From an uncultured virus (IMG/VR IMGVR_UViG_3300047546_000414) (Duplodnaviria; Heunggongvirae; Uroviricota; Caudoviricetes), in the IMG/VR virus record IMGVR_UViG_3300047546_000414: 64,000 nucleotides of DNA. One strand, 5' to 3'. The first letter of the stretch is position 1, and the number at the start of each line of letters is the position of its first letter. The notes under the pieces were generated by a model that saw only the letters and a program-made list of their open reading frames with translations, was not told the origin of the DNA and did not search any database. The position numbers and the translations under genes were made by a program. Below, one piece after another: positions 1 to 7,877 of the stretch.

Positions 1-220
1 CTGACAATGATTTCTCTGGAATATCATTAAAGTAATACTTTCCATCATCAATTGTCCATCCCCGCCATCCATCTGATTCACACCACATTGCTGTGGCAAT
101 CTTCATATCTTCGGGATCTTCCATAATGCGAGTAATTGAATTATACCAATCTACCTCGCTAAATATGGCAAGGCGAAGTGGTTGCCACTTAAATAGCTGT
201 CGAATAATCCAATCAATCAT
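1..220 (-). CDS. hypothetical protein, 3' end truncated by window edge
   Basis: ATG at 220 overlaps the upstream stop (ATGA). Frame MIDWIIRQLFKWQPLRLAIFSEVDW... stays open to position 1. Confidence 0.6.
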   Translation of the reverse strand, partial: MIDWIIRQLFKWQPLRLAIFSEVDWYNSITRIMEDPEDMKIATAMWCESDGWRGWTIDDGKYYFNDIPEKSLS

Positions 221-348
221 TCTAACTCCTTTTCAATAGCCAATATCCCTCTAAGAACAGGACCCCAAATAGCTGACCCATAGTTATCATTAAAGTATTC
301 AAACAGTTCTTTACCCGCCTCAGTTTTAAATTCGTATATTTGAGTCAT
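217..348 (-). CDS. small hypothetical protein (43 aa)
   Basis: MTQIYEFKTEAGKELFEYFNDNYGSAIWGPVLRGILAIEKELE, read manually. Fills the gap between neighbouring ORFs. Confidence 0.55.
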   Translation of the reverse strand: MTQIYEFKTEAGKELFEYFNDNYGSAIWGPVLRGILAIEKELE

Positions 349-547
349 CTTTAAACCACTCCTCATCTTTAGATGCTTCATAAATATATTCAGCAGCCAT
401 GTCTAATGCTCCCAAAGATGTTGGGGAAGTACCAGCTAAATATACATCCGCTTTATCTGATTCTACAGTAGCCTCCCAATGAGAGAACTCGCCATCATAC
501 TTTACTTTAGTTATTGTTATAACTACTTCTTCTTCAGTAAGTTTCAT
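326..547 (-). CDS. hypothetical protein
   Basis: Track ORF 326..589. ATG at 547 is preferred because it couples to the upstream stop (TAATG). Confidence 0.6.
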   Translation of the reverse strand: MKLTEEEVVITITKVKYDGEFSHWEATVESDKADVYLAGTSPTSLGALDMAAEYIYEASKDEEWFKDDSNIRI

Positions 548-684
548 TAATCTGGATCTACTGTTCCTGTCTTTTTCCAATATGGGCAACCATTTTCATC
601 ATAATCATTTAGACGTTCTAATAGTTCTTTATTAGTTCTCATGATACGCCATATGTGAAAGCGTAGCTTTAAATATCTAAGCAT
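547..684 (-). CDS. small hypothetical protein
   Basis: MLRYLKLRFHIWRIMRTNKELL..., start after GGAGAG and overlapping the end of pduO. Confidence 0.5.
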   Translation of the reverse strand: MLRYLKLRFHIWRIMRTNKELLERLNDYDENGCPYWKKTGTVDPD

Positions 685-1216
685 TTTGTCTCTCTCCCGC
701 CGCACTTTTAGGCGTCCATAATACTTCATTATCTTTATTATTATATCTAGCCATAACAAATAGTAGGTCCGATAGCCTATTTAAATATTTTGGTATCACT
801 GGATTAATATATGGGTTGTCTTTACCATCTGATATTGCAGATAGTAACCATACAATTCTTTCTGCTCTTCTTACAACTGCTCTCGCATTATGAATTGGAC
901 CAGTTGGCAAAATAAATGATCTAAGTGGTTCTAAGTATTCGTTCATGTCATCTATGACGCTTTCTAACCATAGAACTCTTTCTTCATCTATGTTTAGATC
1001 TGATTTAGCTAAATCTGCGCCGATATCAAACAAATCGTTTTGAATCATTTGAACAATATCATTGTATGGCTGAATCATGCCAATTGCTGAATTTGCTTCA
1101 TCAACTACGCCAATAGCATCTATTACAGCATCAAATTTGGCAACCCTGTTGCCATCTGCTAATGAAGTTTCACCATTGTCGCCAGTTTTAGTATAAATTT
1201 TGCTAAGTATTACCAC
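677..1216 (-). CDS. pduO: ATP:cob(I)alamin adenosyltransferase, PduO type
   Basis: Signature motifs KIYTKTGDxGET, G-x-VDEANSAIG, IQNDLFDIGADLA, RAVVRRAER and YLNRLSDLLF. Confidence 0.92.
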   Translation of the reverse strand: MVILSKIYTKTGDNGETSLADGNRVAKFDAVIDAIGVVDEANSAIGMIQPYNDIVQMIQNDLFDIGADLAKSDLNIDEERVLWLESVIDDMNEYLEPLRSFILPTGPIHNARAVVRRAERIVWLLSAISDGKDNPYINPVIPKYLNRLSDLLFVMARYNNKDNEVLWTPKSAAGERQNA

Positions 1217-1392
1217 TATAGATCTTCTTTATCTATTTTTTCTGTAAAGTCTAAATCAGCAAAAATGCTACGACGCATTCTTTCTTCCCGCTTCTGAGCA
1301 GTGCTCAAAATTGTTTTACGGGCAAGTCGTCGTAAATTCTTTACATGACGTTTAGCCCCACGTAAAGACTTTTTATTATTATTTTTTTTCAT
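1216..1392 (-). CDS. small basic hypothetical protein (58 aa)
   Basis: MKKNNNKKSLRGAKRHVKNLRRLARK...DKEDL, with a GGAGAG SD. Its stop overlaps the pduO start. Confidence 0.55.
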   Translation of the reverse strand: MKKNNNKKSLRGAKRHVKNLRRLARKTILSTAQKREERMRRSIFADLDFTEKIDKEDL

Positions 1393-1481
1393 TTCTCTCC
1401 CGACGATTTCACTTTCTTATCAAGCTTATTTATGAATAGTCCAAATGGGTATCCTATGACAAAGCCAATAGAGATACCCAT
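1389..1481 (-). CDS. possible small membrane protein (start uncertain)
   Basis: MGISIGFVIGYPFGLFINKLDKKVKSSGEK. Stop overlaps the next ATG (ATGA). Confidence 0.35.
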   Translation of the reverse strand: MGISIGFVIGYPFGLFINKLDKKVKSSGEK

Positions 1482-1501
1482 AAGGAATATTGATACTGAT
1501 G

Positions 1502-1858
1502 TTAGAATGGTACTGCCTCTGACTTAACTTTACCAAGGCTACGTGTTGTTACGGCGATGGTCTCTGCACGAATATCGTATGAGGTACGTGGATTGCCGTT
1601 TTGGTCGTTCCAGTTCTCTTCATAAATTGTGCCAGTAATTGTTACTTCTTGCCCCTTCTTAAGGACATCTGTAGATGCTTCTGCAAGCTTATTCCAGACC
1701 TTTACAGTCCACCATGATGTGAGTCTATCTTCCCACATTCCAGTTTGTTCATTCTTACCACGATCATTTGTTACTACTCGTAGTTTTAGTCCGCCATTAC
1801 TTAGTACTGTCGGTTCTTGCCCAATTCTACCTGTTAAGGTAATAGTTGGATTTGCCAT
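1502..1858 (-). CDS. ssb: bacterial-type single-stranded DNA-binding protein
   Basis: OB-fold SSB motifs ITLTGRIG, WxVKVWNKLAE and LKKGQEVTITG. C-terminal VPF tip. Confidence 0.88.
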   Translation of the reverse strand: MANPTITLTGRIGQEPTVLSNGGLKLRVVTNDRGKNEQTGMWEDRLTSWWTVKVWNKLAEASTDVLKKGQEVTITGTIYEENWNDQNGNPRTSYDIRAETIAVTTRSLGKVKSEAVPF

Positions 1859-1890
1859 GTGCTTTTCTCCTAGTCTATATCGGTGTTGCG

Positions 1891-1962
1891 AGCCTCGTCA
1901 CAGATTTGAACTGTGGACCCCCGCTTTACAAGAGCGGTGCTCTACCACTGAGCTAACAAGGC
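1891..1962 (-). tRNA. tRNA-Thr(UGU)
   Basis: Cloverleaf GCCTTGT...ACGAGGC, D-arm AGCTCAGTGGTAGAGC, anticodon arm CCGCT-CTTGTAA-AGCGG, T-loop GTTCAAATC. Confidence 0.93.
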
Positions 1963-1963
1963 G

Positions 1964-2037
1964 TGGAGCGGATGATGAGAATCGAACTCACCCCTTCTGC
2001 TTGGAAGGCAGAGGCACTACCAATATGCAACATCCGC
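1964..2037 (-). tRNA. tRNA-Gly(UCC), CCA encoded
   Basis: GCGGATG...CATCCGC-T-CCA, anticodon arm TCTGC-CTTCCAA-GCAGA, T-loop GTTCGATTC. Confidence 0.93.
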
Positions 2038-2047
2038 AACTAATCTA

Positions 2048-2076
2048 ATTATATTAAATTGTTACGATTGTGTCAA
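2048..2076 (-). promoter_or_regulatory. consensus sigma70-type promoter driving tRNA-Gly/tRNA-Thr/ssb
   Basis: TTGACA-N17-TATAAT on the minus strand, just upstream of tRNA-Gly. Confidence 0.85.
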
Positions 2077-2664
2077 TGATCCATCTACGCTTATTGGATA
2101 GTACTTTGATTTAATCATTTCTGGGGGCAATGTCTTTTTTGCAATAACAGCCCAATGATTTGACGGAGCAAGGTTAATAAATAACATCTTGCAATAATCT
2201 GATGGATCTTTAGATGGATATTCATCTCTTCCATGCTCATCTATGTCGCCTTTTAAAAATACGGCAGATCCTTTTTTATCTTTAAATAATGTTTCTTGTT
2301 GAGTTTCTTTGTCTAAAACTTTTAGTCCCCATTCTGGAACTGTTGTATCTAAACAAACATCTATTGTATGTGTAGCAGGAAGTGTATCTACATGCATAAA
2401 TAGTCTTGGATTATACTCTCCAACTATCTGATATCTAGTTACTTGATTATATGTAATCTCTAGATCTTCTTCGCCAAATTCTTTTCTAGCAAGCTCTAAT
2501 ATCTTTTTCTCTGTATCTGGATCCCACTCAACTAAAGTGTCATATCTTCCAAATCTTTTTGTATATTGTAAATCATTAAATCCTGAATCTGCTTCTATGC
2601 AAACAGAATATATTTTATCAAAAAGTTCTTCGCCAAACGGATCTTCTTTGTAAAAAGTTTTCAT
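2062..2664 (-). CDS. putative 2OG-Fe(II) oxygenase-fold protein
   Basis: HxD (HVD) followed by a beta-strand segment, AVFLKG, distal His in EHGR, then MLFINL. This pattern matches phage 2OG-Fe(II) oxygenases. Confidence 0.65.
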   Translation of the reverse strand: MKTFYKEDPFGEELFDKIYSVCIEADSGFNDLQYTKRFGRYDTLVEWDPDTEKKILELARKEFGEEDLEITYNQVTRYQIVGEYNPRLFMHVDTLPATHTIDVCLDTTVPEWGLKVLDKETQQETLFKDKKGSAVFLKGDIDEHGRDEYPSKDPSDYCKMLFINLAPSNHWAVIAKKTLPPEMIKSKYYPISVDGSLTQS

Positions 2665-2682
2665 TTATCTCCCTAATTAATA

Positions 2683-2706
2683 TGGCCCCATATTTCTATG
2701 GGGCCA
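2683..2706 (-). terminator. intrinsic terminator-like hairpin after the microprotein operon
   Basis: 10-bp stem TGGCCCCATA / TATGGGGCCA, GAAA loop, followed by an AT-rich run. Confidence 0.7.
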
Positions 2707-2720
2707 CACTTTTAACTCTG

Positions 2721-2885
2721 CTAGTTAGGATTCTTAATTGAATCTGAAACTGAGCCTATGTGTAACGAGTTCTTCTTTCTTTTCCCACCCTGATCTGCAT
2801 TAAGATTTATTGTATCTTTAGATGTAGTGGCTCCAGAAGGCTCATTATTTGGTGGAGGCGTTACGCCTGTACCATTCTCAGACAT
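2721..2885 (-). CDS. microprotein (54 aa), low-complexity
   Basis: MSENGTGVTPPPNNEPSGATTSKDTINLNADQGGKRKKNSLHIGSVSDSIKNPN, TAATG-coupled. Not in the ORF track. Confidence 0.6.
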   Translation of the reverse strand: MSENGTGVTPPPNNEPSGATTSKDTINLNADQGGKRKKNSLHIGSVSDSIKNPN

Positions 2886-3013
2886 TATGCCCCAAGCGTG
2901 TTTTCAGAGTCCATTCCCATGATTGCTCCAAGATAGACTGAAGATTCATTCTGAATAGACTTGTCATTTACTGTTGGTGATGCAACTGTTGAGCATCCGC
3001 ACATGTCACACAT
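2885..3013 (-). CDS. microprotein (42 aa) with N-terminal CxxCGC
   Basis: MCDMCGCSTVASPTVNDKSIQNESSVYLGAIMGMDSENTLGA, TAATG-coupled at both ends. Not in the ORF track. Confidence 0.65.
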   Translation of the reverse strand: MCDMCGCSTVASPTVNDKSIQNESSVYLGAIMGMDSENTLGA

Positions 3014-3210
3014 TATAGTGACTCCGAATAGTCTCCAGCTTCCATTTCTCCCATGGCGCCTTCTCTTTGGAAACCTGCGTTTCCTTGAGTAGACATGTCC
3101 TTTGCTGGGAAAGCAGATGCTGGTGCTTCTGTGTAAGACTCAGTTGCCCAAGGTGAACTTGGGTTGATCTTTGGGTCTGTAAACCCTGTGGTATTGATAC
3201 CGTCTGTCAT
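3013..3210 (-). CDS. acidic, probably disordered microprotein (65 aa)
   Basis: Strong SD (AAGGAG) and its own extended -10 (TGCTATAAT at ~3265-3273). Confidence 0.7.
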   Translation of the reverse strand: MTDGINTTGFTDPKINPSSPWATESYTEAPASAFPAKDMSTQGNAGFQREGAMGEMEAGDYSESL

Positions 3211-3273
3211 TTTTTTTCTCCTTAAGGTTGTTTAATAGGACCTGCATGCTTTTGGTCCACTACAATTATAGCA

Positions 3274-3984
3274 TTAGTGGTATTCTTTTTTGTTCCATAG
3301 GTTGTTTCTATACCAACCAGTAAGAACTGATCCTACCTGCCAAATCCTTCTTTTATTATCTTTTCTAAGATCAGTATTTTCTACTGATTCCCAACGCTCA
3401 CGTTTAATTGGAATGACTTGAAATAAAGGAGTACCTTTTGGAACCAAGCCTTCAAAGCCCTCTTTAACATAAAAAGGAATTCTTCCTGCTCCAAGAAGAT
3501 CCTGGTCGCAATCGATGACTGCACTCATTGTCATAAATGGAGTATCGTATTGATTTAAAGGTTGTGTAATCAAAATGCTATAACCTGGCGGAGTTTTAAT
3601 TAAATATGGATTGTGCCATGCATAATGTTTATTCTCATATCCATTTGGGGCAGGCATTGGATGAGTTATTTCTGGACCACGAACCTGAAGTGGTTCCCAG
3701 TAATCTGTTCCCTGTTCTGCAGTTTGTCCTGGCCATCGAATTACAGATCCATGAACTCCTTGTTCAATAACTAAGTCTGTCCAAAGCTCTGCTGTGTAAC
3801 CAGTCAGAAATGAATCCATAAATGGAACACATGCTCTTAATCCAGGATTCATTCCCCACTTTGTAAATTCCATTTTTTGGCCAAGGAACATTGGAGTTTT
3901 GGCATACCATTCAGGAACATAATTTTTTGCAGGCTTCATTAATGGAATATGCTCAAATGCAGAAGCAAATTGAATTTTTTGCAT
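3274..3984 (-). CDS. conserved phage protein, possible DUF6065-like / dUTPase-like beta-clip fold
   Basis: Motifs PEWY, CVPFMDSFLTGY, PYLIKTPPGYSILITQPLN, AVIDCD and KGTPLFQVIP. This type often lies next to 2OG oxygenases in phages. Confidence 0.5.
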   Translation of the reverse strand: MQKIQFASAFEHIPLMKPAKNYVPEWYAKTPMFLGQKMEFTKWGMNPGLRACVPFMDSFLTGYTAELWTDLVIEQGVHGSVIRWPGQTAEQGTDYWEPLQVRGPEITHPMPAPNGYENKHYAWHNPYLIKTPPGYSILITQPLNQYDTPFMTMSAVIDCDQDLLGAGRIPFYVKEGFEGLVPKGTPLFQVIPIKRERWESVENTDLRKDNKRRIWQVGSVLTGWYRNNLWNKKEYH

Positions 3985-4184
3985 TAATTATTCTTTCCGA
4001 ATTTTGCCCAAAGTCTTTCATGGATATAATATCCTAGTGATTCCCATGCTATATAAATTAAAGCGCCCAAGCTTGCATACTCCCACTCTCCAGTGAATAA
4101 ATATATTACTCCAGCAACTCCAATTAAATGAAATGTTTCCCAACTAAAAGTTTTTAACAAACTTTTTTTATTAGAATCTGACAT
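3984..4184 (-). CDS. DUF2061-type small membrane protein
   Basis: KSLLKTFSW...2 TM...YYIHERLW signature. Start trimmed to the ATG at 4184 after GAGG. Confidence 0.8.
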   Translation of the reverse strand: MSDSNKKSLLKTFSWETFHLIGVAGVIYLFTGEWEYASLGALIYIAWESLGYYIHERLWAKFGKNN

Positions 4185-4350
4185 TGCTTGCCTCCTCTGA
4201 CAATCTTTTTCTATGTTCAATACATACGTCAATAATTGGTCCTTCTTTACCAGACCATAAAACTTCTGCTTCCCCCCAACAACCTTTAATACGACAGGTA
4301 TCAATGGGATGCTGTTGCATTTCTTCTTGACTCTTTAGTTCAAAAGTCAT
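4171..4350 (-). CDS. small Cys/His hypothetical protein
   Basis: CRIKGC...VCIEH putative metal ligands. Confidence 0.55.
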   Translation of the reverse strand: MTFELKSQEEMQQHPIDTCRIKGCWGEAEVLWSGKEGPIIDVCIEHRKRLSEEASNVRF

Positions 4351-4528
4351 CTTCTGCCTCCCTATCAATTGGTGTTGGTGCGGTAAGTAGAGAACCACAT
4401 TCCGCACACTCACAGTCTAGCATATACATTGCTATTTCATAAGTTTCTGGATCAAATCTTGCCTTTATTTTTAACATGGCAGAGTTACAGTTTGGACATG
4501 CTGTAGTTGGTATGCCACGCAGATCCAT
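4340..4528 (-). CDS. zinc-ribbon protein
   Basis: CPNC...CAEC-GSLLTAPTP. Confidence 0.7.
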   Translation of the reverse strand: MDLRGIPTTACPNCNSAMLKIKARFDPETYEIAMYMLDCECAECGSLLTAPTPIDREAEDDF

Positions 4529-4529
4529 T

Positions 4530-4826
4530 TTAACTCAAGATCAATCCAAAATGTTTAGCAATTGACAATATTGCTAGAATTGACCATAAAATATTAAACC
4601 AAATAATTGTTGGTAAAGTCTTTACAGTAGAAGACCAAATTAATGCTAAGCTTGAAATTAATGCAAAAATATACAGCCACCAAAATTGTCTTCCAAGTAA
4701 AAGTCCTGGGAAGATAATTGCAATTTTTGTCATGAAAGCAAAAAACTCTACAGTATTTGGCCTATTCCAATAACTTTTAAATCGCATTGTTTTTAGTGCT
4801 TCAATCCATTGCGTTCTAAACTTCAT
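4530..4826 (-). CDS. small multi-pass membrane protein
   Basis: Three hydrophobic segments. Translationally coupled to the halogenase. Confidence 0.7.
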   Translation of the reverse strand: MKFRTQWIEALKTMRFKSYWNRPNTVEFFAFMTKIAIIFPGLLLGRQFWWLYIFALISSLALIWSSTVKTLPTIIWFNILWSILAILSIAKHFGLILS

Positions 4827-6400
4827 TAGTTATCTCCTTGATGATAATGTTTCTTTAAATACTCATAATGCGTTGGTGCATCTTTAATAAAATCGTTCCA
4901 TTTCTTTTGAGATTTCTCAGTTTTAATAAAGAAATTTCCAGCAACCTGTTCATAATTTGTAGGATGCAAGTGTTGCCAATATGGAATAGATGCTGCATGT
5001 ATTGGATACCACTCATGTCCTATTGCAATTGCATGGAATCCACTATCAATAGCAACTCTGTATGACTGATGCTGTGTTTTATTTACTAACTCTTCAATAA
5101 AGTTTGATTCAGTAGATGCCTCCCAAAGCTTTGGGGCAACATCTCTGGTTGTCATATACTTCCAAAATTCTGTGTCTCTTCTTGAACTTAATGTATAGTG
5201 ATACTCCAAGAATGTGGCAAATGATTCAAAATGCTTTCTTGTAATTCCATTATAGAAATCTCGATCTATAGCATTAAAATATCCACGAGCTAAGAATCTT
5301 GCCAACATCATTGCTGACTCATGAATAAAGAATAAACCATTAGATTCTAGTGGCTCTAGAAATGCTGCAGATAAACCAATACCAACAACATTTTTTACCC
5401 ATGTTCTTTCATAACATCCAGACTTAAAGAATATTTCTCTAAATGCTGAATCTTCTGGAACACGGTGAGCACCAATTCTATCTGCAAGATACTGCTTAAA
5501 CTCTACAAGTGCTTCTTCTTTTGTTGTCCATCTATCTGAATATACATAACCAGTACCAATTCTTGAATACAATGGGGCATTCCAAACCCATCCATGCCCT
5601 AACGCTGTACAGTCTGTATACAAATCAACTTCTTCATCTGGATTTTCATATTGAATTTGAACAGCCCATGCTTTATTTACTGGCAGTCTATCTTTTAGAC
5701 TATAAAAAGGTTCATTCATTGATCCGCCCAAAAGCAGGCTCTTAAATCCAGTACAGTCAACAAAGATATCAGCATAAATTTCTCTGCCGTCTTCCAGTAT
5801 AAGCTTTTCTACCCCATCATCATTTGTTACAATTTGAGATACATCTGCTTCAATATGCTTTACGCCTCTTGGCTTTGCAAAGTGTTCTGACAGCCATTCG
5901 GCAAATTTGATTGCATCAAAATGCAAAGCAAAATCTCTATCCATTGAGAATCTACCCAATTCTCCATTTTTAGGATTTTTTAATTTTCTAGAATTGAGTA
6001 AAACTGATTGTGGAAATAAAGATTCAACGTAACTTTGAGTAGTGGTTGTTTCTGGAAGATAATGTTTCATAACGTGCCAGTCATTTGCTCCTGGCAATTC
6101 ACAGTTTTCTAATGTTGGGTGTCCAAATGGATAATGAAATCCTCCGTCACCAATTCTGTGGAAATTATTAAATTTAATACTTAGTTTGTATGATGCATCT
6201 GTAAAATGCATAAATTCTTTATGATCAACGCCGATAGCATTTAGCCATGCTGGTAAACCAGCAAGTGTGCTTTCTCCTACTCCAATACTAGGAACATAGG
6301 GACTTTCAACAAGTGTTATATCTGCGTCTTTTAACTGTGAAACAAGGGTACTTGCGGTCATCCAACCAGCAGAACCGCCACCTACAATTACAATTTTCAA
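4826..6400 (-). CDS. flavin-dependent halogenase (tryptophan halogenase family)
   Basis: GGGSAGWM FAD motif, IGVGEST, YKLSIKF (catalytic-Lys position), VDCTGF, GWVWNAPL (WxWxIP variant), RIGTGYVYS and FLEPLES. Confidence 0.9.
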   Translation of the reverse strand: MKIVIVGGGSAGWMTASTLVSQLKDADITLVESPYVPSIGVGESTLAGLPAWLNAIGVDHKEFMHFTDASYKLSIKFNNFHRIGDGGFHYPFGHPTLENCELPGANDWHVMKHYLPETTTTQSYVESLFPQSVLLNSRKLKNPKNGELGRFSMDRDFALHFDAIKFAEWLSEHFAKPRGVKHIEADVSQIVTNDDGVEKLILEDGREIYADIFVDCTGFKSLLLGGSMNEPFYSLKDRLPVNKAWAVQIQYENPDEEVDLYTDCTALGHGWVWNAPLYSRIGTGYVYSDRWTTKEEALVEFKQYLADRIGAHRVPEDSAFREIFFKSGCYERTWVKNVVGIGLSAAFLEPLESNGLFFIHESAMMLARFLARGYFNAIDRDFYNGITRKHFESFATFLEYHYTLSSRRDTEFWKYMTTRDVAPKLWEASTESNFIEELVNKTQHQSYRVAIDSGFHAIAIGHEWYPIHAASIPYWQHLHPTNYEQVAGNFFIKTEKSQKKWNDFIKDAPTHYEYLKKHYHQGDN

Positions 6401-6420
6401 TTTATTCTCTTTCTAATAAA

Positions 6421-6469
6421 GATTGGGGATATCATATATATTATACAATATCCCCAATCGGTTTGTAAA
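6421..6469 (-). promoter_or_regulatory. terminator-like hairpin enclosing a promoter -10 box
   Basis: TTTACA-N18-TATAAT. A 12-bp inverted repeat GATTGGGGATAT / ATATCCCCAATC flanks the -10 and is followed by TTTATT. Confidence 0.7.
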
Positions 6470-6479
6470 TAGATATTAT

Positions 6480-7529
6480 TTACTTCTTAAGAGTTACCTT
6501 AAGCTTAGGGAACTTAGCGTTCCACTTCTTTGCTAGAGCATTAAACTCTGCAATATATGTAGCCTTTGCAAGATCAGCATCTGCCTTAGCCTTTGCTAGA
6601 TCTACTACGGCCTTTGCTGCTGCTGCGTCTGCTGCAACCTTATCTGCTGCACGAGCAGCCTTTTCTGCTGCAAGAGCAGTTTCTGCTGTAGCCTTAGCAG
6701 CATTTGCTGCTGCAAGTTGTGCTGTAAGAGCTGTTACCTGTGCTGAAAGATCAGTTACGGCAATTACCTTTACTGCTGAAGATGATGGTGTGCTGAATCC
6801 AGTTACTGCTGTTGCCATATCTGCAGATGCAGCATATGCAACAATTGTTACTGGGCCAGTTGCTGGAGCAACAAACTTAACGTCTGCTGTACCAAAATTT
6901 GTTAGACCAGATCCTGTAGTTACAGTATTTGTGTCTAGAGTTGCACCATTAGCAATTGCTGAAATTGACTTTCCAGAAATCTTGTTTCCGAATACGTCAA
7001 CTGCGCCAATTGTTACAGTGACTGATGTACCTGCTGCTGCTGATTCTGCTCCTGCTAGAGTAAGCTTATCAATTGCACCAGCAATTCCCTGTACGTAGTA
7101 AGTTGTTGTAGTTCCACCATTTGTAATGGCTACTGAACCAATTGCTGTCGTTTTAGTATATACATAAAACGTTGCTGTTGTACCTGTTCCAACATTCTGT
7201 GACCAAGTAGCAGATCCTGATGATGCTGTTACTGGAGCAGTTGATGTTGCTACTGCTGGTACTACTGTTGCGTTTGTTGCGACTACTGAAACTACTGTTC
7301 CAGTATCTACTGTTACAACGAATTCGACTGTATCTGCTGTATCTACAGAGTTATCTGTTGGTACTGGCAAAGTAATCGGTGTAGTTGCTGCTGTGCCAAG
7401 GGTAGTTGTTGTACCCGCCTTCTTTACAGAAGTAATTGACATAGGTGCAGCACTTGCAGATGTTGCAACAAGAGTGCTCATTGTCATGGCTGCAACCACG
7501 GCTAGAGCGATCTTCTTGAATGATTTCAT
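6480..7529 (-). CDS. secreted Ala/Thr-rich cell-surface protein with Ig-like beta domains and a C-terminal Ala/Lys coiled coil
   Basis: Sec signal MKSFKKIALAVVAAMTMSTLVATSASA-A, beta-rich body including VTVTIGAVDVFGN, Ala/Lys helix, basic C-terminus. Strong SD and 5' hairpin. Confidence 0.75.
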   Translation of the reverse strand: MKSFKKIALAVVAAMTMSTLVATSASAAPMSITSVKKAGTTTTLGTAATTPITLPVPTDNSVDTADTVEFVVTVDTGTVVSVVATNATVVPAVATSTAPVTASSGSATWSQNVGTGTTATFYVYTKTTAIGSVAITNGGTTTTYYVQGIAGAIDKLTLAGAESAAAGTSVTVTIGAVDVFGNKISGKSISAIANGATLDTNTVTTGSGLTNFGTADVKFVAPATGPVTIVAYAASADMATAVTGFSTPSSSAVKVIAVTDLSAQVTALTAQLAAANAAKATAETALAAEKAARAADKVAADAAAAKAVVDLAKAKADADLAKATYIAEFNALAKKWNAKFPKLKVTLKK

Positions 7530-7574
7530 TCTTTTTTTCTCCTTAGTTTATCTACCTCAATTTGAGCGTAGAGA

Positions 7575-7877
7575 TTAAATGTGTTCTGCTAACTCTTTTA
7601 ACAAAACATGTTTTGGTTTTGCACCAGTAATTCTCACTACTGGCTGTCCATCTTTAAACAAGATCATGGTTGGAATTGATACCACATCATAATCTTTTGG
7701 CTTAATTGCGTTTTCGTCAACGTTTATCTTAGCCACAAGCAGACTTTTTTCTTTAGATATTTCATCTAAAATTGGTGAAACCTTTTTACAAGGCCCACAC
7801 CATTCTGCCCAAAAGTCTACTAAAACTATTTGATTTTCTGCAATAATAGAGTCAAAGTTACTGTCAGTTAATAACAC
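7575..7877 (-). CDS. trxA: thioredoxin
   Basis: VLVDFWAEWCGPCK, SIPT cis-Pro motif, FKDG. Confidence 0.95.
   Translation of the reverse strand: MLLTDSNFDSIIAENQIVLVDFWAEWCGPCKKVSPILDEISKEKSLLVAKINVDENAIKPKDYDVVSIPTMILFKDGQPVVRITGAKPKHVLLKELAEHI

Noticed and set aside
1629..2048. Plus-strand 139-aa ORF
   Set aside because: Antisense to ssb and two tRNAs, with no SD or recognisable motif.
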